Source of the DNA: Patescibacteria group bacterium | GTDB lineage: Bacteria > Patescibacteriota > Patescibacteriia > 2-12-FULL-57-11 | Length of the DNA: 64,000 nucleotides | Direction: 5' to 3' | Assembly (NCBI GenBank): GCA_004297205.1 | Contig: SCUL01000002.1 | Span: 316,594-380,593, forward strand | Shown here: one piece after another, positions 36,801 through 46,346 of the stretch | Layout of the letters: each line of letters opens with the position of its first letter | Position numbering within the stretch: position 1 is the first letter of the stretch | Notes under the pieces: generated by a model | Databases searched by the model: none | What the model was told of the DNA's origin: nothing | What the model saw: the letters and a program-made list of their open reading frames with translations, nothing else | Program-made: the position numbers and the translations under genes

Positions 36801-39800
36801 GGCCGGGCACTGGTAGGTCTGGGCCGAGGCATTCCAGCAGGTTTCCGCCTCGTAGCCTTCGGCCGTCGAACAGGCCGCGCCCTCCGCGCTCGCCGTGTTG
36901 AAGGTATTGAGCGGATCCTGCGGCAGCGCGCCGCCCAGCACGTTGCCCAAACCCGACTGCCAGGACGGCCAGCGGCTCGTGGACAGGCCGCGGATGTAGG
37001 AGCCGGAGGCCAGGGTCGGGTAGCTGCCGATGCAGCGGTCGCCGGCGCCGCAGTCGGCGTCGCGGATGCAGGTCGTTTCCGGCCGGTCTTCGCAGACCGA
37101 GGCCAGACCGTAGGCCGTTTCCATCTTGGCGCCAACTTCGGCCAGGTCCTGGAGGCGCAGCACGTCGCGCGTGAACTTGTCCTTGGGCGCGCGGCAGGTG
37201 CCGCCGACGGCGCCGCACTCGGCGTCCTGCTGGCAGGACAGCGGGCCGCACGTGGCGCCCGTGCCGCAATCGCCGTCCGTGACGCAGGCGCGGCCGGCGT
37301 CGTCGCTGCACACGTTGACCGAGCAGGTGCGGGCGTTGTCCCCGGCCAGGTTGGTGTTGAAACGCAGGTTCTCCATCATCTGCCGGAAAATCGTCTGCGT
37401 CGTCTCGTTGGCGCCCTCGTTGTAGGACATCAAGTAGACGTTGGTGTAGAGCTGCGGATCGCCGAACTTGTTGCCGGCGTTGATGTAGACGCTGCGGCCG
37501 TCCTGCACGGCGTCGTAGCCGTCCACCTCGACCGGCACTGGAGAACCGGTGAAGCCCTGTTTGGCGTACCAACGGGCCGGCTCGTCATGTGCGCGGTTGC
37601 GGAGGATGCGGATGCCGAAGGCATCGCCCGGCTGGCAGAGGTCGGATGCGCCGGTGCACTGCAAGGGCAGGAGCTTGTCGCCAATGATGCCCAAGAGCGC
37701 GGAGCCGGGCGCGGCCCCTGCGCCGATCGAAACCGCTGCGTCGGCGGGCGACGGCAGGTCGTCATGCCGCCCCGCCTCGCCGGCATCGCGGCAGAAATAG
37801 GTCGAGAAGTTGAAATCGTCGTCCGTGAACGGCGTCCAGGTGCCGTCGGCGGCGCGGCTCGGCCAGGGATTCTCGCAGAGCAAAACCGTGGCCAGTGCGC
37901 TGCCCGAGGCGGTTTCTCCGTAGCAGTGGCCGGCCGTGGCCGAACCGGCGGCGGCGCAGCGCCGCCCGCGGCCGCATGCCAGCTCCTGCGCGGTGATGTC
38001 CCCCGTCGGATCGCAGGCCGCGCCGAAGATGTTGGCCGTGACCGTGGCCTGCGCGGTAATGGTGGCCTGGCCGTTCTGCGGCTGGCCGATGGTGCGCAGC
38101 GTCATGGCCTCGCTCGAGGAACTCGGATACGTGAAGTGGATCGGCGCCGGATCGCCGTCGCGGTCGCCGTCGGAGGAAGCCCAATCCCAGACCCAAGAGT
38201 ACGTGGCGACCGGCACGATCGGCACGACGCGGGCGCCGCGGCGCGAGACGCCCTGGGAGCGGAACACCTTGTCGCTGTCGTCGAGTGTGTCGAAGGAGGC
38301 GCCCGGCGCGTCGTCGCGCGGATCGTTTTGGGCGGTCGAGAAGAGCGACGACTGCGGGATCACGCGCACCTGGTCGAGACGGCAGATTTCCGTACCGGTG
38401 GTGAAACTCCAGGAGGCGTCGCCGGACATGGGCACGCCGTCGATCGAACGCACGCCGGTCTTTTCGGCGTCGGTCAGGTCCGGGTCACCCTTCACGAGCA
38501 CGCGGAATTCGGTGCTCGGTGCCAGCGCCTCGCGCGGCGAGACCTGAAGCTCGGTCACGAGTCCGCCGCCGGCCACCGTTTTCTGCAGGTCGGCGATCAG
38601 CACCGTGCTCGAGGAGACGCAGAACCCGGCCACTCCTGCGCCGCGTCCGGCGGCGCAGGGTCCGACCGTGCGCTCCAGGAGCAACACGTTGCCGATGAAG
38701 GAACCGGCGTCCATGCGCATGTTGAACGTCGCCGCCATCAGCGTGTTGCGGCAGACGTCGGCACCCTCCGGCGTGAACGGCGGAACGAGTTGCGGACGCG
38801 GCGCACAGCAGCCGCCGTTGCCGCAGCCGATCGAGCCGGCCCGGGCGCCCGGAGCGAGCGTGGCGCAGTCGTTGTCGACCGTACAGGAGCAGACCATCTG
38901 GAAGCCGGCCGTGCCGGTCACGGTGTCGCCCGCGGCGTTGCGCGTGGCGACGGTCAGGTCGGCGGTGCCGCCGGCCGCGCCGCGCACGTAGCTGTCCGGA
39001 TCCGGACGGCCGTCGGTGGGACCGCCGAATTCGCACTGTTCCCCGGTTTCCACCGGCACGTTCGTGCCGCAGTAGGCGGCCGAGGTGAAGCTGTAGCCGT
39101 AGCGCGGGTTGGAGCCCTCGAGCGTGCAGCGCTCGGAGCAGCCGTCGCCGGCGTCGGGGTTGCCGTCGTCGCAGGATTCGAAACGGGCAGGTTCGAGGAT
39201 GCCGTTGCCGCAGCAACCGGCGGCAGGGCCGCCCGCGCCCGGCGTGCAGGCCGTGCGGTTGCCTTCGGCCAGGCAGCGCTCGGAGCAGCCGTCGCCGCTG
39301 CGGACGTTGCCGTCGTCGCAGACTTCGCCGGATTCGAGCCGCCCGTTGCCGCAGACCGAGAACGGCCCGGGCAGGGTGCCTTCATTGATGCAGGAGGCCG
39401 AACAGCCGTCGCCGGAAGCGGTATTGCCATCGTCGCAATCCTCCCCTTCCCCGACGTCGCCGTTGCCGCAGGTGGCGCCGCCCCCGGCGGAGCCTTCGTG
39501 CGTGCAACGCTCGGTGCAGCCGTCGCCGTTCAGGACGTTGCCATCATCGCAATCCTCGCCGGCGGTACGCGTGCCGTTGCCGCAGGCCGGCGCCGAGGTT
39601 CCTTCGTTCAGACAGACGGCCGAGCAACTGTCGCCACCTGTCGTCCCGCCATCATCGCAATCCTCGCCGCGCTCGGTGCGCCCGTTGCCGCAGACTGAGA
39701 CGGAGCCGACGGAGCCGGTGAGCAAACAGGCGTTGGAGCAGGATTCGCCGCCGGCCAGCGGGAGCAGATCCTTGCCCTCCGTGCCGCTGCCCGGCGTGCT

Positions 39801-42800
39801 GCGGAAATCGACCGTGCCGACGGCGCCGCCGACCGCGGCCGAGACCGCGGCGTTGGCCGAGGTCCAATCCCACGAGTACCGTCCGCCGTCGAGCGGTTGG
39901 CCGCCGGCGTCGCAGTCGTCCGGCAAGCCGCGGGGGATGACGATGTAGTGGGCGACGTCGCCGATGATCTGGACCGAAGCGTTCGGCGGCGAGACGCTGA
40001 CGCTGGCCACGTCGCACAACGCGCTGTCGTCCTTGGTACGGAAGGTCCAGGAATAATCGTCGCCGTAGTTGCCGTCGGCCAGCGGCGCGCCGGAGCGCGA
40101 GCGCACGCCGTCGTCGCCGCCGGAGACGATGACGCGGTACCAGCTGCTGCGGGCGAGCTGCGCGGCGCCGGACGGACGGATCTGGAAACCCGTGGTGCGC
40201 CCGTCGGCGTCGACCGTGCCCTCCACGGAGAAGTCCGGCACGCCGCCCGCCTCGAGGAAGGCGCGGCACGATTCGTTGACGCAGGTGAACAGCCGGACCG
40301 TGCGGGCGTTGATCGTGGCCGGGTCCATGGCCACGTTGAAGGACGCCGCGACGCGGGCGTTGACGCAGGCTGCGGAACACATCGGCGTGTGTTCGCCCAC
40401 GCGCGGATCAAGGTAGTTGATGTCGAGCACGCCGACGTCCGACTTGCCGGCCGCCGGGATTTCCGCGCGGACGTGGACCGGATTGTCGGTTTCGGTTTCG
40501 TTGAGTGCGGTCGCCACGTAGCGGCAGGAATTCGGTTCCACGGGATCAGCCGCGTCGTCGGCCAGCGTGGCGCGCGTCGAGGCGTCGCTGCCATCGGCAA
40601 GTGCGTGGCTCCAGCGCCAGTCGTAGGCCGTGCACATCAGCAGGTTGCAGTTCGCCGCCGTCGGATCGGCGCGATAGTCGACGGCTTCGCCTTCGCCCGT
40701 GGCCGTGAAGACGGCCGGCGAGACTTCGACGTGATCGACGCCGCAGGCCTCGTCGTTCGGCCGGATGCGGTAGGGCCAGACGTAGTCGCCGCCAGGCGCG
40801 TCGTCGCGGTCGCCGTCGAGCGCGATGCCCTCGACGCTGCGGATGCCGACATCCCCCGCCGCGAGCGTGACCCGGTACCAGGTGCTCGAGGCGAAGGCCG
40901 CTTCCGGCGTGAACGTCATGCGGCTCGTGTAACGCGCGGTGGCGCCGACGACGACGGATTCGCGCAGCACTTCGACGCGGCCGCGCAGCGGCGTGCCGGT
41001 GCAGGCGCCGCTGTCGAAGCCGTCGCCCTGGCCGCAGGCCTCGACCGCGACGTTCGTCGGGAAACTGGCCGGGTCCATTTCGGCCGTGAAGCGCGCCGAG
41101 ATGATGGCATTGGCGCAGGCATCGCGGGAACCCCGGTAGGGCGACGGACTCTGCGTGTCGGTTTCACAGGTGGCTTGTTCCACGACGCGCGGCAGCACGG
41201 GGACGTCACCGGTCGAGAAGCGCCACACGAAAGCGCCGGTCGGCGTGCGCACCGTGCAGTCGGCGCGGCAGGAACCGTCCGCGCAGCAGGACGTGCCGGC
41301 GGTGCAGGAGGCGTCGTCGCGGCACTGGCCGACCGTAAACGGTAGGGAGTTGGAAATGACGCCGCCGAGCGCTTCGACCGAGACCGGACCGGTCGCGGCC
41401 GCAAACGGCACGCGGGCGTTCTGGATTTCGGTGTCGGCCCAGGGGCCGTCCACGGTGGAGGCCTGGCCGTCGAAGAAGGTCACCTCGCCCGAGGTGGAGC
41501 CGAAGCGTTCGCCCAGAAGTCGCACGCGGGTGTCGGCCGGACCGTTATCCGGATCGATGGCGCAGAGTCCCGGATGCGGCACGCCGTCGGTCACCGTAAA
41601 ATTCACGGTGTTGGATTGCGCGCCGTCGGCGCGTTCCAGGCGGATGTTGTGGGCGGCCAGGGAAATGGGGGTGCGGCCGCCGGCGTCGCCGCGGTAAAAC
41701 GCCGGCACTTTGACGGTCACGGCGGCGTCGGTCCAATAGCGTTCGGCGCAGATGGCCGGGAAATCGACGGCACCGTCGGCGGTGGTGCCGTCCGGCAGCT
41801 GGAAGAGCACGCGGCCGACGCGCGCGCCGAAGTTGCTGCCGCGCAGGGTCACGTATTCCGACACCGGACCGGAGCTCGGCTCAATGGCCGTGACGTTCGG
41901 CAGCGTCCCCGCCTCCGGCGACAGGGCGCGGAAACTCTTGCGGTTGGATTCGTTCGTGCCCACGCGCACCCGGACCGTCCCGTCCGTTTCCACGGTCACG
42001 GCGAGCGACGGCACGCGGCCGCGGATCTCCGTCGGGGACCAATCGGCGTCGCTGGTGCCGGCAGCCGAATCCCGCCCGCCGACCGCGAACAGCACGCTGC
42101 CATCCGTGCCCGGATCTTCGCCGAAACCGGCACCCGTCAACGTGAAGCCGTCGCCCGTCCGCCCGCTCGACGGCTCGATGCGGCAGATGCCGGGGCGCGT
42201 CGTAGCGTTGACGGTGAAGACGCCGAGCAGGTTGGGACCGCGGGCGTCGTCGGTGTCGTCCTGCTCCCCGCCCGCCGCGGAGACGCGGATCGGGCCGGTC
42301 ACGGCGCCGGCGGGAACCGTCACGGTGATTTCGCGGTCCGTCCGGGCGCCGCCGTCGCACAGCGCCGCGGTCACGTCGTCGTCCGCGCCGGGACCGCCCA
42401 GGAACGTCACCTGGCCGGAGCCGCCGAAGGCGCGGCCGGCGACGGACACCAGCGTGCCCGGGCCGCCGTCCGTGGGCGAGACGCTTTCAATCATCGGCAC
42501 GTCCACGCAGGTACCGCTGCGGCACACCCCGCCCGCGCAGTCTGCCGGGCCGCCGCAGGACCCGCCGCCGCAAGCGCCGCACGAACCGCCGCAGTCGACG
42601 CCGGTTTCGTCGCCGTCCTGGACGCCGCTGCCGCAATGCCGCGGCCGCACGGCCACGGAGACGCCGGATACCGAGACCGAGTTGTCGTCCAAATCAAAGG
42701 CCGTGCCGCCGATCGAGTGGGTGCCCACCGTCACGCCGGTCGTATCCCAATCCACGGTCCCCGTGAAATCCGGAGACAGCGCCGCCGGAACGGTGCGGCC

Positions 42801-43751
42801 GATGGAGCCGCCGTCGATGGTCACGTCGATCGAAGAAATGCCGGCGTCGTCCACGGCGTGGACCTGGACCGGAATCAAATCGCCTTCAATGACGGACTGC
42901 CCGTCGTCCGGGAAAACCACTTCGGCCAACGACGGCGCGGCCACGTCGACGATGCTGCCGGTACGGAAATCGGCGGAGCAGCCGGACGACGACAGTCCGG
43001 CGCAGGTCAGGTTACGGCCGGAAGAGGAACGCAGGCCGGTCGTGACTTCAATGTGATAATCGGCGTCCGCGTCGAAACAGCGGCGCGATTCGTTGGGCGG
43101 CGGACAAGCCGCGGCCGGCACGAATTCCACGGCGCTGCCGTTTGCCGCATAGGTGCCGTCCACTGGCGCGCCCGCGGCGGTGGTCACCCGGACGTTGCCG
43201 GCCACGCTCCCCGCGTCCACGTTCTGGTTGAAAATCGCGCGCGCCGTGACGTTTCTGATCGGCACGCTGCCGGTCGGGCTGAAGCCGCGCACCACGAAGC
43301 TGTCGGAGCTGGCGCCCCCGCCGCCGAAGCCGCCGCCTCCACCGCCCCCGCCGCCGCCCGCCCCGGGAGTGGCTCCCGTGGCGTCGAGCAGGCTGTTCAT
43401 GACGAACTGGGCGATGGCGTACGACGACAGAACGATGGCCAGGCCGATGACGGCGGAAATGATCACTTTGCGGGCCTTGTCGACCTGCTCTTCGTTGCCG
43501 GCCGCGGTCATCCACAGGAAACCGCCGTACAGAATGAGCAGCACGGCGACGATGCCGAGCAATCCCATGAAGTTGCGGATGATGCGGGCCACGGTGACGC
43601 GCACGTCCGTGGTCCCGAGACCGAGCGCACCTTCCACATCCGGGGTCAGGCCGGTGTTGACCTGTGCCAGGACCGGAGACGCGAACGCGGCGCCGAGCAG
43701 GAGGGCGCCGCAGAGGATCGCGGCCAATCCGAGGAGGCGTTGGCGTTTCAT
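33849..43751 (-). CDS. Giant (3300 aa) surface protein. N-terminal signal peptide plus a conjugative-pilin-like (TrbC/VirB2-type) two-helix module, a poly-Gly linker, IPT/Ig-like domains, at least six Cys-rich CGNG..GEDCDDGN..GDGCS..C repeats, a VWA domain (DVSRS MIDAS) and a Cys-rich C-terminus.
   Basis: Uninterrupted ORF with GC3-rich codon usage. N-terminal about 150 aa are paralogous to the upstream 613-aa protein. Motifs read from the translation. Confidence 0.75.
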   Translation of the reverse strand: MKRQRLLGLAAILCGALLLGAAFASPVLAQVNTGLTPDVEGALGLGTTDVRVTVARIIRNFMGLLGIVAVLLILYGGFLWMTAAGNEEQVDKARKVIISAVIGLAIVLSSYAIAQFVMNSLLDATGATPGAGGGGGGGGGGFGGGGASSDSFVVRGFSPTGSVPIRNVTARAIFNQNVDAGSVAGNVRVTTAAGAPVDGTYAANGSAVEFVPAAACPPPNESRRCFDADADYHIEVTTGLRSSSGRNLTCAGLSSSGCSADFRTGSIVDVAAPSLAEVVFPDDGQSVIEGDLIPVQVHAVDDAGISSIDVTIDGGSIGRTVPAALSPDFTGTVDWDTTGVTVGTHSIGGTAFDLDDNSVSVSGVSVAVRPRHCGSGVQDGDETGVDCGGSCGACGGGSCGGPADCAGGVCRSGTCVDVPMIESVSPTDGGPGTLVSVAGRAFGGSGQVTFLGGPGADDDVTAALCDGGARTDREITVTVPAGAVTGPIRVSAAGGEQDDTDDARGPNLLGVFTVNATTRPGICRIEPSSGRTGDGFTLTGAGFGEDPGTDGSVLFAVGGRDSAAGTSDADWSPTEIRGRVPSLAVTVETDGTVRVRVGTNESNRKSFRALSPEAGTLPNVTAIEPSSGPVSEYVTLRGSNFGARVGRVLFQLPDGTTADGAVDFPAICAERYWTDAAVTVKVPAFYRGDAGGRTPISLAAHNIRLERADGAQSNTVNFTVTDGVPHPGLCAIDPDNGPADTRVRLLGERFGSTSGEVTFFDGQASTVDGPWADTEIQNARVPFAAATGPVSVEALGGVISNSLPFTVGQCRDDASCTAGTSCCADGSCRADCTVRTPTGAFVWRFSTGDVPVLPRVVEQATCETDTQSPSPYRGSRDACANAIISARFTAEMDPASFPTNVAVEACGQGDGFDSGACTGTPLRGRVEVLRESVVVGATARYTSRMTFTPEAAFASSTWYRVTLAAGDVGIRSVEGIALDGDRDDAPGGDYVWPYRIRPNDEACGVDHVEVSPAVFTATGEGEAVDYRADPTAANCNLLMCTAYDWRWSHALADGSDASTRATLADDAADPVEPNSCRYVATALNETETDNPVHVRAEIPAAGKSDVGVLDINYLDPRVGEHTPMCSAACVNARVAASFNVAMDPATINARTVRLFTCVNESCRAFLEAGGVPDFSVEGTVDADGRTTGFQIRPSGAAQLARSSWYRVIVSGGDDGVRSRSGAPLADGNYGDDYSWTFRTKDDSALCDVASVSVSPPNASVQIIGDVAHYIVIPRGLPDDCDAGGQPLDGGRYSWDWTSANAAVSAAVGGAVGTVDFRSTPGSGTEGKDLLPLAGGESCSNACLLTGSVGSVSVCGNGRTERGEDCDDGGTTGGDSCSAVCLNEGTSAPACGNGTRTAGEDCDDGNVLNGDGCTERCTHEGSAGGGATCGNGDVGEGEDCDDGNTASGDGCSASCINEGTLPGPFSVCGNGRLESGEVCDDGNVRSGDGCSERCLAEGNRTACTPGAGGPAAGCCGNGILEPARFESCDDGNPDAGDGCSERCTLEGSNPRYGYSFTSAAYCGTNVPVETGEQCEFGGPTDGRPDPDSYVRGAAGGTADLTVATRNAAGDTVTGTAGFQMVCSCTVDNDCATLAPGARAGSIGCGNGGCCAPRPQLVPPFTPEGADVCRNTLMAATFNMRMDAGSFIGNVLLLERTVGPCAAGRGAGVAGFCVSSSTVLIADLQKTVAGGGLVTELQVSPREALAPSTEFRVLVKGDPDLTDAEKTGVRSIDGVPMSGDASWSFTTGTEICRLDQVRVIPQSSLFSTAQNDPRDDAPGASFDTLDDSDKVFRSQGVSRRGARVVPIVPVATYSWVWDWASSDGDRDGDPAPIHFTYPSSSSEAMTLRTIGQPQNGQATITAQATVTANIFGAACDPTGDITAQELACGRGRRCAAAGSATAGHCYGETASGSALATVLLCENPWPSRAADGTWTPFTDDDFNFSTYFCRDAGEAGRHDDLPSPADAAVSIGAGAAPGSALLGIIGDKLLPLQCTGASDLCQPGDAFGIRILRNRAHDEPARWYAKQGFTGSPVPVEVDGYDAVQDGRSVYINAGNKFGDPQLYTNVYLMSYNEGANETTQTIFRQMMENLRFNTNLAGDNARTCSVNVCSDDAGRACVTDGDCGTGATCGPLSCQQDAECGAVGGTCRAPKDKFTRDVLRLQDLAEVGAKMETAYGLASVCEDRPETTCIRDADCGAGDRCIGSYPTLASGSYIRGLSTSRWPSWQSGLGNVLGGALPQDPLNTFNTASAEGAACSTAEGYEAETCWNASAQTYQCPAGSRIYEYRKRGRGFEFGAEFELRFCSTDPNRLCSQDADCTGGTCRVLNWADPVEPVSHPETGILNVFRLQDVCQARATDEGLLSASDGVCGDGSIGPGEQCEIGDTGVEACTIAGGAGGMRWTCSDTCTKTYGSCAPARCGDGILSPPEACDDGSLNNTYGRCNGLCTGLGPHCGDGNRQAGEVCDLGGRCAGSGATCNFGGAGGCADGSACLGTTRYNASRAASCAPDCRNFGPYCGDGEISYGEICEPGQTESEVCGTDPDGREMRRSRTCVAACTGFGAWSACSVVSSCGDGVVQREAGEECDDGNRNQNDGCLNTCVRNVCGDRIVNPAGEECDSGADNIDASNPSSIARARASCAYGRSCNFCTNVCRGISVSGGYCGNGVVERPYELCEPNDVSCVEGATRDTHCSGDCRQACPPTFSQLEIRLQPHSPGGFISDRTLGEAVVDSGAVTHDLVIPACQTGASTIDTDMQIVADLTPVGTVGRRTSVLLVFDVSRSMGLLPNGTGGTPSRFDIAKNVVAGADGVIDQIYNSFPGSVTDLKMGILAFGGLNANPSGPILYQGSRYEGNVRTLTALTGAPELVVLNAIGREELKTTVQGLRMITSGSGRDVSPGKAAMERATAILDADGAEQRIVILVSDGLQSDDHFFSRGSSCAPEGCENHERTHSTPVGAVGPRYRNFTLRVAEDETYLSEFGSVQEMCAAGRFSMIDDWYGCIRAMESIAPSANRFVATTLDASVDIGSAIGTAVTSAVVAGTITVGPPVGATAPVSTGPITIRRSATVPLGSITCSRTPQLLPLRIDAGAGVQIRVSAVRFNACPLVYGDPPPPPPGGFACVPSRSPAAPADPTDGDGVVVDEEGGAVGVPPGGSPPGGSGGGTCDDPARTCVDGRCRLDARPCPIPDTGGGGCSDLEDVVVSGGSCTCARLEPSYPACRTSASGGGFIRCSVSCRAGFICVADSCIPSGSSPVPGGGFGGGFFP

Positions 43752-43752
43752 A

Positions 43753-45594
43753 TCAGCGGCCGGGCGTGACGGCGCCGGTCACGGGGTTCACGACGCAGGC
43801 GGAGGCCGAAGGCGTACCGTTGCAGCAGTAGGCGTCGCCCGGCCGGCAGCGGCCCACGGCGGGGGTCGCGGCTGCCGGGTAATAACAGTTCTGCCGGGTG
43901 TCCTGCACGGCCGAGCCGATCGACGGCACGTAGTTCGTCTCCTGCAAAAACAGGCAGTGCTGGAGCACGGCGGCGCTCTTGGTGGGCTGGGTGCTGGTGG
44001 CCGAGCCACCGGCGTCGTCGACGTGTTCGCCGTACCAGGCGTAGCAGGTCGGCTCCTCGGGCGGCAACGGCTGTGGGGCCTGCGTCACCGGCATGGCTTC
44101 GCTCGAGAACGTCAGCAGACGCATCAGCTTGGAGAAACGGATGCGGACCGGCGCGTCGAAGGCCACGCGTCCTTCATCGAAGTTCGGGCTGATGGCGTCG
44201 ACCGCCGGCGGCACCAGGTCGATTTCGTCCGTGGTGCGGAAATTCCACGCATGGTCGTCGGCGCCCGGGCCTTCGGCCGTGCCGTTGCCGTTGCCGTCGA
44301 GCGAGTTGCCGGAGACGTCGGTGGCGCCGTCCGACGGATACCGCGTCGGATCGGCCACAGGCGGCGTGTCGGAGAGCGTCGCGGCGCGGATGGTGGCGGC
44401 GATATTGGAGGAGCCCGGCAGGCAATAGACGTTGCCGCCGCAGGAGTTTGTCCCGCACAAGTCGTTGGTCACGAATTCGATCGTCCGGTAGCGATTGCCG
44501 ATGGCGACCGATCCGGGAACGATGGCGCCGCCCGCTTCGATGCGGACGTTGGTGAAGGCCGGCAGGTCGCCGGTGAGCGACGTCGGATCCATCGCCTCGT
44601 TGAACGTCACCTGGACCACGGTGTTGCGCGGATTGGTGGAATCACGGAACGGCACGACGCTTTCGACGACCGGCGGCGTCAGGTCGATGAACGTACCGAC
44701 CGTGAAGTCCCAGAGGTAGCCGCCGGCGAAAATGCCGGCAAAAGCGGCCTCGCCGTCGGCTTTGCGGATGGCAGAGCCGAGCTTCACCTGATAGGCCGTG
44801 TCGGCCGAAGGCGAGCCCAGGAGCGGCGGGATGAACACGAAGGTCTGGCGGTCCGGCGTGAAGGCCACGCGCACGTCGGCGCTCGCGAGCGCCGAGCCTT
44901 CTCCGGCCGAGGCCGCGAAAATCTTGACGTTGGCGTCTTCCAGCGCAGTCGGCGCGCCGCCGCCCGGATAGTCGTCGGACAGGTCGTCCGGCGTGCCCTG
45001 GTCGTCGTAGCCGCGCACGAACGAGGCGATCTGCATCGGCTCCTTGAAGGTCACGATGATGCGGACGTTGCGCGGCACGTCGGTCTGGCCGCGGCCCGGG
45101 TAATGGCTTTCGATGATGCCGTTGCCGAGCGCGCCGGAGAGCGGGATGGATCCGCCGATGCCTCCCCCGCCACCTCCGCCGCCTCCGCCACCGCCGGCTC
45201 CCGTGGCTTCAAGCAGACGGCTCAAAACGAATTGGGTGATGGCGACGGATGACAAAATGATGGCCAGCCCGATCACGGCCTGGGTGATGACACGGCGCGC
45301 CTTGTCGACCTGCTCTTCGTTGCCAGCCGCGGTCATCCACAGGAAACCGCCGTACAAGATGAGGACGACGGCGATGATGCCGAGCAGGCTCAGGAACGTC
45401 CGGATGATGCGGGCCACGGTGATGCGGATGTCGGTGGTGCCCAATCCCAGCGCGCCTTCCACTCCGGGAGTGAGTCCCAAATTCACGGTGGCGGCGTGCG
45501 TCACCTCCGGAACGCACAAAAGGACCGTCCCGGCGATCATCATCGCGAGGAGCAGTCCGGTGGTTGCGGTTGTGCGATCGAAGATGCGATGCAT
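43753..45594 (-). CDS. Surface protein (613 aa) with the same pilin-like N-terminal module and poly-Gly linker, followed by an Ig-like ectodomain.
   Basis: N-terminus aligns with that of the giant protein (GLTP.VEGALGLGTTD.R.TVARIIR.F..LLGI.AV.LILYGGFLWMTAAGNEEQVDKAR.VI..AVIGLAI.LSS.AI.QFV). Its stop is separated by 1 nt from the giant gene's start. Confidence 0.7.
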   Translation of the reverse strand: MHRIFDRTTATTGLLLAMMIAGTVLLCVPEVTHAATVNLGLTPGVEGALGLGTTDIRITVARIIRTFLSLLGIIAVVLILYGGFLWMTAAGNEEQVDKARRVITQAVIGLAIILSSVAITQFVLSRLLEATGAGGGGGGGGGGGGIGGSIPLSGALGNGIIESHYPGRGQTDVPRNVRIIVTFKEPMQIASFVRGYDDQGTPDDLSDDYPGGGAPTALEDANVKIFAASAGEGSALASADVRVAFTPDRQTFVFIPPLLGSPSADTAYQVKLGSAIRKADGEAAFAGIFAGGYLWDFTVGTFIDLTPPVVESVVPFRDSTNPRNTVVQVTFNEAMDPTSLTGDLPAFTNVRIEAGGAIVPGSVAIGNRYRTIEFVTNDLCGTNSCGGNVYCLPGSSNIAATIRAATLSDTPPVADPTRYPSDGATDVSGNSLDGNGNGTAEGPGADDHAWNFRTTDEIDLVPPAVDAISPNFDEGRVAFDAPVRIRFSKLMRLLTFSSEAMPVTQAPQPLPPEEPTCYAWYGEHVDDAGGSATSTQPTKSAAVLQHCLFLQETNYVPSIGSAVQDTRQNCYYPAAATPAVGRCRPGDAYCCNGTPSASACVVNPVTGAVTPGR

Positions 45595-45629
45595 GGTCTC
45601 GCTTCGATCTCAGGTCCTCCTGAGGTGTG

Positions 45630-46073
45630 TCAGGTACCGAGCGCTTTTTTGACGGCCGCCTGGACGGCGGCGCCGTCGGCGCGTCCGGCGACTTCTTTGA
45701 CGACCGCCCCCATGATCTTGCCGAAGGCTTTGGGGTCGGCGCCGATCTCGGCCGCCTTGGCGGCCACGATCTTCTCGAGCTCCTCGGCCGGCATGGCCGG
45801 CGGCAGGTAGCGGGAGAGGATGGCCATCTCGGCGTCGGTCTTCTCCACCAGGTCGACCCGGCCGCCCGTGGCGAACTGCGCCTTGGTGTCGGCCAGCTGC
45901 TTCATGGTGGTGCGCAGGAGGCCAAGCACGTCCTCGTCCGTCAGGGGACGCTGCTTGTCGATCTGCACGTTCTTCATTGTAGCACGAAGCATCCGGAGTG
46001 TTTCCACTACGGATGTATCGTGCGCCTTCATCGCGAGCTTCAGATCGTTGTCGACGGTCTCGATGAGGCCCAT
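45630..46073 (-). CDS. GatB/YqeY-domain protein.
   Basis: 147-aa helical protein resembling the GatB_Yqey family. Confidence 0.6.
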   Translation of the reverse strand: MGLIETVDNDLKLAMKAHDTSVVETLRMLRATMKNVQIDKQRPLTDEDVLGLLRTTMKQLADTKAQFATGGRVDLVEKTDAEMAILSRYLPPAMPAEELEKIVAAKAAEIGADPKAFGKIMGAVVKEVAGRADGAAVQAAVKKALGT

Positions 46074-46082
46074 GTCAGCAGA

Positions 46083-46346
46083 TTAACGGCGGGAGCGCTT
46101 CTTGCGCACCAAGAGGTCTTCTTCCTTGATCTTGCCTGCGCGGAGCATGTATTCGAGCTTCTCGCGGGCGACGATGCGGTGCAACGCGCTCTGGCGCTGC
46201 TCCAGTTTGCTCTTTGGCGGCGTGTAGAAACGGATCTTCTTGGCCTGCAGCACCTTGCCGCTCTGCTGGACACGCCGGCTGAAACGGCGCATCAAGGCTT
46301 CGAAGCTTTCACCCTTTTTACGGCGGACTTCAACCAGAGGAATCAC
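46083..46346 (-). CDS. rpsU: Ribosomal protein S21 (with terminal extensions).
   Basis: IPLVEVRRKKGESFEALMRRFSRRVQQSG...FYTPPKSKLEQRQ matches the S21 core. Probable GTG start at about 46346; the ORF-track start at 46382 would overlap hisS by 52 nt. Confidence 0.6.
   Translation of the reverse strand: MIPLVEVRRKKGESFEALMRRFSRRVQQSGKVLQAKKIRFYTPPKSKLEQRQSALHRIVAREKLEYMLRAGKIKEEDLLVRKKRSRR

Noticed and set aside
34791-39698. 1635-aa plus-strand ORF, plus 41574-43769 and 43153-45252 plus-strand ORFs.
   Set aside because: They are antisense to the giant adhesin and pilin-like genes. Ala/Arg/Gly-rich with no domain structure, whereas the minus-strand frame has a signal peptide, repeats and a VWA domain.
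45595-45629. Hairpin ctcaggaggacctgag containing AGGAGG upstream of the 613-aa pilin-like gene, considered as an RBS-sequestering regulatory element.
   Set aside because: AGGAGG lies about 21 nt from the ATG, too far for a functional SD, and there is no T-run for a terminator. It was left unannotated.
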